Below, in pieces: positions 56,285 to 64,000 of a stretch of 64,000 nucleotides of DNA. The DNA is from Beijerinckiaceae bacterium. GTDB lineage: Bacteria; Pseudomonadota; Alphaproteobacteria; Rhizobiales; Beijerinckiaceae. A program made the position numbers and the translations under genes. The stretch covers positions 2,802 through 66,801 of the forward strand of contig CBDIBA010000002.1 in NCBI GenBank assembly GCA_965276595.1, in the 5' to 3' direction. The notes below the pieces were generated by a model, which was not told where the DNA came from, did not search any database, and was given only the letters and a program-made list of their open reading frames with translations. Numbering within the stretch: the first letter of the stretch is position 1; every line of letters starts with the position of its first letter.

Positions 56285-56346
56285 GGCGGCGTCGCCAAGG
56301 TGGCGATGACGAGCGGCCGGATGGCGCCGCGCGTGGAGTGCGTTGA

Positions 56347-58194
56347 GTGAGTGTCGTGGCCCATCTTCGCGACCGGCTGGCCGGATGGGTGCACGAAAGC
56401 GTCCGCGGCGACCCGATCGAAGCGAGCTTCCACCAGACGTTCATCTGGATGCGTCTGGCGAGCGCGCTCTGCACGATCGCGCTCATCCCGCCCTATATGG
56501 CGCTGCAAGGCGGCTTGTCCGGCCGCGAGGCGCTGATCGTCCTCTGCGCGGCGGCGCCGCTCGCGAGCTTCGCAGTGTTGTCGCGCACCGGCCGCTTCGG
56601 CCGCGCGCAGGCGGTCGCGACGCTGGCGTACCTGATCGTCGGCGTCGCCTTCGCGCTCGCCGCCGGCGGACTGTCGGGGCCGGCCATGGCGTGGCTGGTT
56701 CTCGCGCCCGTGGAAAGCCTGTTCGTCTTCTCCGCCGCGTCGGTCCTCGCCGCGGGCGGCCTCTCGCTGGCGATCCTGATCGTTTTCGGCGTCGCCGGCG
56801 ATCTCGGCTGGCTTTCCGCCGGCGCGTCGGCGCCGGCGCGCCACGACGTTTTCGTCATCGCGCCGGCGTTCATCTACGCGAGCCTGCTGGCGCTCGCCGC
56901 GGTGCGCATGCGCGCGCTTCACGCCCGCAGCGAACGCATCGGCGCGGCGCGCTATCAGACGCTCTCCAACGTGATGGGCGATCTGATCCTGCGGCACGAT
57001 CGCGGCGGCGCCGTGCTCTTCGCCAGCCGCGCAAGCGAGAGCCTGTTCGGCCTGCGCGCCCGCGACCTGATGGGACGCGGCCTGTTCGAGCGGCTGCTGG
57101 TCCAGGACCGGCCGACGTTCCTCAAGACGATCGCGGAAGCCTGCGACAGCCCCGGCGCGGTGAGCTGCCACGTGCGGCTGCGCACCGCCTCCGCGCCGAG
57201 CGCCCAAGGCGGCTTCGAGGAGCCGGTCTTCACCTGGATCGAACTGCGCGCGCATCGCCTCGTCGCCGAGGGCGATGCGACGGACGAAGACGACGGCGCC
57301 CGCGTGCTCGCCGTGGCGCGCGACATCAGCCGCGAGAAACGCCACGAGCAGGAACTCGAATCGGCGCGCGCCGAGGCCGAGCGCGCGAACGCGTGGAAGG
57401 ATCGCTTCCTCGCCAACATGAGCCACGAACTGCGCACGCCGCTCAACGCGATCATCGGGTTCTCGGAAATCCTCGGCAATGCCGACCTCGCCCCGGCCGA
57501 TCCCGCCAAGCGCCGGGAATACGCCGGCATCATCCACAGTTCCGGCGAGCATCTGCTCGAAGTCGTCAACTCGATCCTCGACATCTCCAAGATCGAAGCC
57601 GGCCGCTTCGCCATCACGCCCGAGCCCTTCGACGTCGCGGCGCTGATCGACGCCTGCTGCGACATGATCAGCCTGAAGGCCGCGCAGGCCGGCGTGACGA
57701 TCAAGCGCGTCTGCGAGCCGGTCGAAGAACTCGTCGCCGACAAGCGCGCGTGCCGCCAGGTGCTGATCAACCTCGTCGGCAATGCGCTGAAGTTCACGCC
57801 GCGCGACGGCGTCGTCACGGTCGGCGCGCGCCGCGACGGATCGCGCCTCGCGCTTTTCGTCTCCGACACCGGCTGCGGCATGTCGGCCTACGATCTGCCG
57901 CGCCTCGGGGGCGCCTTCTTCCAGGCGGGACAGCCGAGCGATCGCACGTACGAGGGCACGGGCCTCGGCCTGTCGGTCGTGCGCGGGCTCGTCGGCCTGC
58001 ACGGCGGGGAGATCCTCGTGGAAAGCGGCCCGGGCGCGGGAACCTGCGTCACCGTGCGGCTGCCGATGGATTGCCGCGACGCCGCCCCGGCGGCTTCGTC
58101 CGCGCGCATCATCGCCATCCCGCGCGAGGCCGCCGCCAACGATCGCATCGAACCCGCCCACGCCCCGATCGCCGGAGTGAGAAAAAGTGCCTGA
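56347..58194 (+). CDS. Membrane PAS sensor histidine kinase (DivJ/PleC/PdhS family)
   Basis: Multi-TM N-terminus, PAS, FLANMSHELRTPLNAIIGFSE, NLVGNALKFT, DTGCGM, GTGLGLS. Confidence 0.9.
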   Translation: MSVVAHLRDRLAGWVHESVRGDPIEASFHQTFIWMRLASALCTIALIPPYMALQGGLSGREALIVLCAAAPLASFAVLSRTGRFGRAQAVATLAYLIVGVAFALAAGGLSGPAMAWLVLAPVESLFVFSAASVLAAGGLSLAILIVFGVAGDLGWLSAGASAPARHDVFVIAPAFIYASLLALAAVRMRALHARSERIGAARYQTLSNVMGDLILRHDRGGAVLFASRASESLFGLRARDLMGRGLFERLLVQDRPTFLKTIAEACDSPGAVSCHVRLRTASAPSAQGGFEEPVFTWIELRAHRLVAEGDATDEDDGARVLAVARDISREKRHEQELESARAEAERANAWKDRFLANMSHELRTPLNAIIGFSEILGNADLAPADPAKRREYAGIIHSSGEHLLEVVNSILDISKIEAGRFAITPEPFDVAALIDACCDMISLKAAQAGVTIKRVCEPVEELVADKRACRQVLINLVGNALKFTPRDGVVTVGARRDGSRLALFVSDTGCGMSAYDLPRLGGAFFQAGQPSDRTYEGTGLGLSVVRGLVGLHGGEILVESGPGAGTCVTVRLPMDCRDAAPAASSARIIAIPREAAANDRIEPAHAPIAGVRKSA

Positions 58195-58885
58195 AGCCAT
58201 CGCTCGTTTCGATCAGGACGACATGCTCGTCGCGCCGCGCCCGCGCCGCCGCGCCTCCAAGAAAACCAAACGCTCGTCCGGCTGGTTCGCCTTCGTGCGT
58301 CGCCAGCCCGGACGCGTCTTCGTCACCGCTCTCGGCGGCGCGGTGCTGATCGGCATCGTCGGCAACGCCACGCTGATGCAGAACGCGCGCCACCCCGCGC
58401 CGTTGCTGTTCGGCCTCGCGCCCTCGCGTCCCTCGCAGGCGCCGGCTAGCCCGCCGGCGCCGGCGCCGCGTCCGGTGGACCTTGCGGCCGCGCCGGCCGC
58501 GCCGGCCGCCGTCGCGCCGATGCAGAAGCCGGCGCCGTCCACGCCGCACGCAAGCCTCGATGCGTCGCCTTCGCCGCACAAGGACGCCATCGCGGCGCTC
58601 CTGCGCAACGAGGCGCCGAGCGCTGAGCCCGCGTCGCGCGCCGCGGCCGTTCGCCACGGGCTCGTGAAAGGCGATGCGGCGGCGGATGCCTCGCCGCGGG
58701 TCGCGGCCGCGCAGCGCGCGCTCATGCGCGTCGGCTTCGTCGTCCGGCCGAACGGCCTCTTGGGGGCCGACACGCGACAGGCGATCGAGCGCTTCGAGAA
58801 GGATCGCGGCCTCACGGTGACGGGCGCGCTCAGCGCGCGTACGCTCAAGGAACTGTCGGCGCGCTCGGGCGTCGCCATTCCCTGA
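58187..58885 (+). CDS. Peptidoglycan-binding domain protein
   Basis: N-terminal TM, C-terminal AQRALMRVGF....G.LG..TR.AI..FE...GL..TG. Confidence 0.85.
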   Translation: MPEAIARFDQDDMLVAPRPRRRASKKTKRSSGWFAFVRRQPGRVFVTALGGAVLIGIVGNATLMQNARHPAPLLFGLAPSRPSQAPASPPAPAPRPVDLAAAPAAPAAVAPMQKPAPSTPHASLDASPSPHKDAIAALLRNEAPSAEPASRAAAVRHGLVKGDAAADASPRVAAAQRALMRVGFVVRPNGLLGADTRQAIERFEKDRGLTVTGALSARTLKELSARSGVAIP

Positions 58886-58894
58886 CGCGAGCCG

Positions 58895-59236
58895 ATGCGG
58901 CTTCGTTCCGATCTCTGGGTATCGGCCTACCTGCGTCGTTGCGCCGTCGAAAACGTCGTCGCCGTGCTGCGGCGGCGCGGCGCGGCGGAAGCGGGCGCCG
59001 TCTTCGTCAAAGTCGATCGGCTCGACGGCCGCGCGGCGATCTTCGGCCCGGCGCCGCAGAGCGAGACCGGAGAGCGCGGCGTCGATCGCCTGTGGACGCG
59101 TCTGCACCGCGACGAGTGGATCGATCCGGCGAGCGCCGAAGAGCGGCTCCGCAAAGAGGTCGCCTTCGACTCCGATCTCTGGATCGTCGAAGTCGAGAGC
59201 CGCGACGGCCGAACCTTCCTCGACCTGGCGGCGTGA
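58895..59236 (+). CDS. DUF1491 family protein
   Basis: MRLRSDLWVSAYLRR, GAEEAG-like GAAEAGAVFVK, FDSDLWIVEVE. Confidence 0.88.
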   Translation: MRLRSDLWVSAYLRRCAVENVVAVLRRRGAAEAGAVFVKVDRLDGRAAIFGPAPQSETGERGVDRLWTRLHRDEWIDPASAEERLRKEVAFDSDLWIVEVESRDGRTFLDLAA

Positions 59237-59245
59237 CGCGCCGCC

Positions 59246-60391
59246 TCACGCCGGACGGCGGAACACGAAAAGACCCTTGTTCGGCCGGCGCGAGAGATCG
59301 TCGCGGTCGGTCGTCGCGGCCCGGCTCGGCGTCGCGGCGGCGCGATGATCGCTCGCGGGGACATAGGCCGCCCGACGCGGCTCGGCCGCGTTGCCGATCA
59401 TCGCCTCGACGAGACGGCGCGCCAGGCCCGGCGCGAGATCGATCGCGAGTTCGCTCAGCATGCGTACGCGGGCGTGCGAATGCGCGATGGCGGGGTCGAG
59501 CGACATGAAGATGCGCGCCGCCGCGTCCACGGGAACGCGCAGCGCGGCGAGCGCGACCGCCATCGGCTCGCCATGCGGATCGTCGATGATCGTCGTCGCC
59601 TCGCTCAGCGTCGCGCCGAGCGCGCGCGACACGAGCGCGGCGAGCAGCGGCTTGTCGCCGGCGACGGCGGCGCGCTCGATCTCCGCGCCGGTCATCTCCT
59701 CGACGAACCTGCGCCGCGGCCGCATCGGATCGACCAACTCTTCGCGCCGCAGAACGCGGATGATCGCTGCGCGCTGCGACGACGACGCGTAGAGAAACAA
59801 CGGCGCGATCGTCGCCGCGTCGGGAAGCCGCCGGCAGAGCGCGCGCGCGAGGTCGCCGTCGCGGCGCGCACCGGCGACAAGCGCTTGCTGGGCGGCCTGC
59901 GGCAGCGGCGAAACGGGATTGGCGATCAGCGCGCGGGCGATTTCGCTTTCGGGGCGGCGCGCGAGCGCGGTGGCGATCGCCTCGTCGAGATCGAGCCGCG
60001 CGGCGACCGCGACCGCCAGCGTCGTCTCGCCGGCCTCGGCGAGCGCGAGCAGGCGCGCTGGATCGACCAGCGTCGAACGGCGGAGGACTTCTTGCGCGCC
60101 CGCGCCGCCGCGCTCGATCAGCTTGTCGACGACGGCGGCCGGCGTCGCGCCGAAGTTTGCGAGTTTCGCCGCGACGATCGCCAGCGTCGGCGCATCGGTC
60201 TTGTCGATCAGACCGAGCGCGATCGTCTCGTAGCGGCCGATCTCGTCGCGCGGATGATCGGCGCGCGAAACGAACAGGTCGGTGAGAACGCGCAGCAGCA
60301 CGGGCTGCATGTCCATGCCGCCGCTTTGGCCAAGCGCCGCGAGCCCTTGAAGGGCGGCCGGCAGATCGTTCGATTGAGATATTTTCGCCAC
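59246..60391 (-). CDS. DUF2336 domain protein (start uncertain)
   Basis: LLRVLTDLFV, E...Y......LI, LAVAVAAR.DL. Typical neighbour of DUF1491. Confidence 0.75.
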   Translation of the reverse strand: MAKISQSNDLPAALQGLAALGQSGGMDMQPVLLRVLTDLFVSRADHPRDEIGRYETIALGLIDKTDAPTLAIVAAKLANFGATPAAVVDKLIERGGAGAQEVLRRSTLVDPARLLALAEAGETTLAVAVAARLDLDEAIATALARRPESEIARALIANPVSPLPQAAQQALVAGARRDGDLARALCRRLPDAATIAPLFLYASSSQRAAIIRVLRREELVDPMRPRRRFVEEMTGAEIERAAVAGDKPLLAALVSRALGATLSEATTIIDDPHGEPMAVALAALRVPVDAAARIFMSLDPAIAHSHARVRMLSELAIDLAPGLARRLVEAMIGNAAEPRRAAYVPASDHRAAATPSRAATTDRDDLSRRPNKGLFVFRRPA

Positions 60392-60445
60392 GCGCGTCAA
60401 ACTTTCACAGGGCCTGAAGCCATGCGCGACCTTAGAGCGACTTTG

Positions 60446-60461
60446 TTGACACAACTTTAAC
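60446..60461. promoter_or_regulatory. Near-consensus CtrA box (TTGA-N7-TTAAC)
   Basis: ttgacacaactttaac between the divergent DUF2336 and small ORF genes. Confidence 0.5.
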
Positions 60462-60539
60462 CATCGACGCCCCGTTATGGCTGCGCGATCCATTTCGTGT
60501 CTGGGGACCGCGGGCATATCGGGGCTGGAGGTCGCGGGA

Positions 60540-60719
60540 ATGGGAGAGATCATAGCGTTCAGGACGCGCATCGAGGGCGCAGCGCGCGGCGCGGACGTCG
60601 GGCCGAACGGCGCGGAGATCCTGTTCTTTCTAGGCGTGCGCTACGAGCGACAGGCGCCCGCGACAATCCCAGCGCCCAAGAAAAAACGCGCGCCGCGCGC
60701 CCGCAAGCGACAAGCCTGA
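60540..60719 (+). CDS. Small hypothetical protein (59 aa)
   Basis: GGAGGT RBS, MGEIIAF...AEILFFLGVRYER, basic C-terminal tail. Confidence 0.65.
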   Translation: MGEIIAFRTRIEGAARGADVGPNGAEILFFLGVRYERQAPATIPAPKKKRAPRARKRQA

Positions 60720-60726
60720 TCGCCGC

Positions 60727-61326
60727 TCAACTTTTCACGTTGCGGTCGAGGCCGCAGGCGATCGCGGCGATGCGGCTTCGCGCGTCCTCGTAATCGCTGG
60801 CGCGCTGCGCGAGCGCGCGGAAGAGCACGAAGCCGCGCAAGCTCGGCGCGACGATGCGCAACTCGCTCGGCAAAGCGTCCTCGTCGTCGTTGGCTTCCAC
60901 GTCGTCGAGCTGCGGCTGCGTCAGCAGGAGAACGTCGAGCCGCCCGCGCGTCGCGCCGCGGTCGGTCATCGAATAGAACACGCCGCCGTAGCGCGCATGG
61001 AAGGAGAGCATCGTGAGCTCCTCGACCGGGAGCGTCGCGCGCAGCCGCAACGGCCCCTGCGCGAGATCGTAACGGCAGACGCCGCGCGCGAGCGCGGGGT
61101 CGTCGATCGGCGGCTGCGACTGCGCGTCTTCCGGCGTCAACAGCGTCGTCTGATTGAGCGGCGCCAGCGCTTCCATCCGCGCGAAGGCGTCGCGCGGCGC
61201 GAGCCGCGGCATGGCGAGGATCGAGACGATGTGCGTGACGCCCGCGACGACGACCATCGCGGTGAGCCAGACGAGCAAGCTCGTCGCCGCATCGGCGATG
61301 CGGCCGCGGCGGCCCGGATCGCTCAT
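60727..61326 (-). CDS. DUF1254-like membrane-anchored protein
   Basis: N-terminal TM, DPALARGVCRYDL..GP. Paired with DUF1214. Confidence 0.7.
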   Translation of the reverse strand: MSDPGRRGRIADAATSLLVWLTAMVVVAGVTHIVSILAMPRLAPRDAFARMEALAPLNQTTLLTPEDAQSQPPIDDPALARGVCRYDLAQGPLRLRATLPVEELTMLSFHARYGGVFYSMTDRGATRGRLDVLLLTQPQLDDVEANDDEDALPSELRIVAPSLRGFVLFRALAQRASDYEDARSRIAAIACGLDRNVKS

Positions 61327-61901
61327 TCGCAGCGTCCGCGGCGCAGCGAGGGCGTGAGGCTCTCATCGATGGCGTTCGACGTGGAGCCGAGCGGCGTGTC
61401 GTAGATGCGCAGCATCAGCATGAACGGTCGATCGGGCGCGACGGGCAGCCAATTGCCGGGCCTCGCCTGGCTCGCGACGTCGATCGAGAAGCCGCCGTCG
61501 GGATCGCGCGTCAGTTCCGAGGACGTGAGGCCATGCCGGCCGAGCTTCGTCTCGATCAGGCGGCCTCGCGGCGTCAGCGCGGTCAGCGTCCAGAAGCGCG
61601 CCGGCGGCGTCGCGCCGCCGACCAGAAGGTCGCAGCGCGATTGCAGCGGCGCGCCCGTATCGTCGCCTCGCGCGTAGAACGTGAGGCCTTCCGCGACGCC
61701 GAGCGGAACCTCGCCGTCGCGCGCGCGCTCGGCGCGCAGGTAGGGATCGGCGTCGGGCGATCCGGCTTTGGGGTAGACGATCCAGGCGCCGGCGCGCACC
61801 GCGCCGAAGCGGAGATTGCGATGGAGCGTCCAGGAGACGCTCGCAAGGCCGAGCGCGACGCCCAGCGCGACGACGATCAGCGATTTGAGGATCAGGACCA
61901 A
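61323..61901 (-). CDS. DUF1214 domain protein
   Basis: G.PDADPY.RA, PPARFWTLT, PGNWLP, F.LMLRIYDT. Confidence 0.8.
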   Translation of the reverse strand: MVLILKSLIVVALGVALGLASVSWTLHRNLRFGAVRAGAWIVYPKAGSPDADPYLRAERARDGEVPLGVAEGLTFYARGDDTGAPLQSRCDLLVGGATPPARFWTLTALTPRGRLIETKLGRHGLTSSELTRDPDGGFSIDVASQARPGNWLPVAPDRPFMLMLRIYDTPLGSTSNAIDESLTPSLRRGRCE

Positions 61902-61971
61902 GCGTCGGGCTCAGCGGCGGAGAGGCCGTTCCGTGTGCACCGCCGCGCTGCGCGACGCAAGCCGCGCGCGC

Positions 61972-64000
61972 TCAGTCGACCTTGGCGCCGCGCTCTAGCG
62001 CGCGCGCGGCGCCATCGCCGACGTTGGCGAAGGCGTTGTTGGGCGACCCCAGCCGGTCGGCGCGCTTGCGGCCGCCGGTGGCGGAGCGGATCATGTCTTC
62101 GATGCCCGACAGCGTCTCGCTCGTCTTGCGCGAGAGCGTCACGGGACGCTGCGGCGCGCCGAGGCTCGAGGCGTCGGACGCCGCGGCGACCGCCGGCGGC
62201 GGCTCGTCGGTGACGCCATAGGGGTTCTTCAGTTCGACGCCTTGGTGCGCATAGGCCATGATCTCATGCCAGGTGCGCGCCGGCAGCGTGCCGCCCGTCA
62301 TGTTGTTGGTCGACGCGCTGTCGTCGTTGCCGAACCAGACCGAGCCGACGTAATTGCCGGTGAAGCCGTCGAACCAGGCGTCGCGGTAGGCGTTGGTCGT
62401 TCCGGTCTTGCCGGCCGCGACCACGCCGTCGAGCCGCGCCGCGCGGCCGGTGCCGTCCGTGACGACATGCTTGAGCAGGTTGTTCATCTCGGCGATCTTG
62501 GCCGCAGGCAGGATCTGCTGGTAGGGCGGCCCGTCGCGGTCGCGGCGATAGATCGCCTCGCCATGCGAGTTGCGCACCTCGACCGCCGCGAAGGCCGGCG
62601 CGCGCTTGCCGCCGTTGGCGAGAACCGAATAGGCCGACACCATATCGATCATCTTCACCTCGTCGGCGCCGAGCGGCAGCGACACGGTGTCGGCGAGCGG
62701 CGTATGCACGACGCCCATCGCGCGCGCGACCTGCACGATGCGGTCGCGGCCGGCGCGTGCGGCGACCCAGTCGCCGGGATATTTCTTCGGCGCGAACTGC
62801 GCGCGGCCGATCTGCACGGACAGCCACACGGCGGCGGTGTTCAGCGATTTTTCGAGCGCGACGACCATCGGAATGCGGCCGGCCGATTCGCCGTTGTAAT
62901 TGTGCGGGCACCAATTGCCGAGACAGATGCCGCCGGCGTCGACCAGCGTGTCGGCGTGGAAGCGTCCGGTCAGCACCGCGCTCAGGTAGACGAACGGCTT
63001 GAACGAGGAGCCGGGCTGGCGCGCCGCGTCGATCGCGCGGTTGAACTGGCTGCGGCCGTAATCGCGGCCGCCGACGATCGCGCGCACGAGGCCGTTGGGT
63101 TCGGCGATGACGGCGGAGCCCTGCGAGGCGTGGTATTGCTTGCCGTACTGGCGCAGCGCGTCCTCGATCGAGGTCTCGGCCTTGTGCTGGATGTTGAGGT
63201 CGAGGCCCGTGCGCACGGTCAGCACGCGGTCGTTGCCGAACTTGTTGTCTTCGGCGAGCGCGCGCACTTCGTTGTAGGCGAAGTCGAGATACCAGTCGGG
63301 GCTCGAATCGCGGCGCCGATCGACCGGCGTCGCGGGGTTGCGCCGCGCGGCGTAGACCTGTCCCTCGGTCAGATAGCCGGCGTCGACGAGGTTCGACAAG
63401 ACGTCGTTGGCGCGCGCCCGCGCCGCCGGCAGGTTGACGTGCGGCGCGTATTTCGTCGGCGCCTTGAAGAGGCCCGCGAGCATCGCGGCTTCGGCGAGCG
63501 TCACGTCGCGCACGCTCTTGCCGAAGTAGAACTCCGCGGCGGCCTGCACGCCGAAGGCGCCGCCGCCCATGTAGGCGCGATCGAAGTAGAGCTGCAAGAT
63601 GTCGCGCTTGCTGAGACGCCGTTCGAGCCAGGCGGCGAGAAAGGCTTCGCGGATCTTCCTCTGCAGCGTGCGCTCGTTCGACAGGAACAGGTTCTTGGCG
63701 AGCTGCTGGGTGATCGTCGATCCGCCCTGCACGACGCCGGACGACCGCGCGTTGACGGTCAGCGCGCGCAGCGTGCCGACCGGGTCGACGCCCCAATGAT
63801 CGTAGAAGCGGCGGTCTTCCGTGGCGATCGCCGCCTCGACGAGGTAATCGGGATATTGCTCGATCGGAACGGCGTCGTCGTGCTTGATGCCGCGCCGCCC
63901 GATCTCCGCGCCGTAGCGGTCGAGGAAGGTGACGGCGATGTCCTGTTTCTTCAGCCAGTTCGGGTCGGCCGTATCCTCGAACGCGCCTTGCGCGAGCGCC
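61972..64000 (-). CDS. Class A penicillin-binding protein 1A (5' end outside the window)
   Basis: EDRRFY.H.GVD, QGGSTITQQLAKN, RQPGSSFKP, SLN, GKTGTTN. Confidence 0.95.
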   Translation of the reverse strand, partial: ALAQGAFEDTADPNWLKKQDIAVTFLDRYGAEIGRRGIKHDDAVPIEQYPDYLVEAAIATEDRRFYDHWGVDPVGTLRALTVNARSSGVVQGGSTITQQLAKNLFLSNERTLQRKIREAFLAAWLERRLSKRDILQLYFDRAYMGGGAFGVQAAAEFYFGKSVRDVTLAEAAMLAGLFKAPTKYAPHVNLPAARARANDVLSNLVDAGYLTEGQVYAARRNPATPVDRRRDSSPDWYLDFAYNEVRALAEDNKFGNDRVLTVRTGLDLNIQHKAETSIEDALRQYGKQYHASQGSAVIAEPNGLVRAIVGGRDYGRSQFNRAIDAARQPGSSFKPFVYLSAVLTGRFHADTLVDAGGICLGNWCPHNYNGESAGRIPMVVALEKSLNTAAVWLSVQIGRAQFAPKKYPGDWVAARAGRDRIVQVARAMGVVHTPLADTVSLPLGADEVKMIDMVSAYSVLANGGKRAPAFAAVEVRNSHGEAIYRRDRDGPPYQQILPAAKIAEMNNLLKHVVTDGTGRAARLDGVVAAGKTGTTNAYRDAWFDGFTGNYVGSVWFGNDDSASTNNMTGGTLPARTWHEIMAYAHQGVELKNPYGVTDEPPPAVAAASDASSLGAPQRPVTLSRKTSETLSGIEDMIRSATGGRKRADRLGSPNNAFANVGDGAARALERGAKVD

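Noticed and set aside
1-64000. tRNA, rRNA, riboswitches, integrases, IS transposases
   Set aside because: None recognised by eye. An Infernal/Rfam, tRNAscan and ISfinder run would be needed to exclude them.

Overview
GC-rich alphaproteobacterial chromosome segment. Gene content (MucR, DivJ-like kinase, DUF1491/DUF2336, CtrA boxes, fabI-phosphatase-aroC) points to Hyphomicrobiales/Rhizobiales. The backbone is housekeeping: HD hydrolase, tag, ygfZ, pyrC, aroC-folP-folB-folK, fabI, an ECF/anti-sigma pair, a DnaJ-like protein, panC-panB, murJ, an MCP, sodB, ptrB, mucR, sufE, a cell-cycle kinase cluster and a partial PBP1A. It is interrupted by several small accessory blocks: a HicB/HicA-like pair, a sulfonate-type ABC/LLM cluster, two Rieske-oxygenase/Bug aromatic modules, a Pls/PosA-type membrane NRPS, a secreted lipase, a GMC/MFS/MBL module, phd-vapC and a MetE-like gene. 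The most striking structure is that three cargo blocks are bracketed by duplicated ends of housekeeping genes: the pyrC 5' end (61 bp perfect), the pyrC 3' end (degenerate, 21 bp perfect core) and the panC 5' end (77/80 bp). No integrase or transposase is visible in the window, and each gene remains intact. Two families of REP-like palindromic repeats form mosaics at three loci. No rRNA, tRNA or CRISPR array was recognised. All family assignments come from motif recognition by eye, not database searches, and several start codons were re-picked from RBS and motif context.
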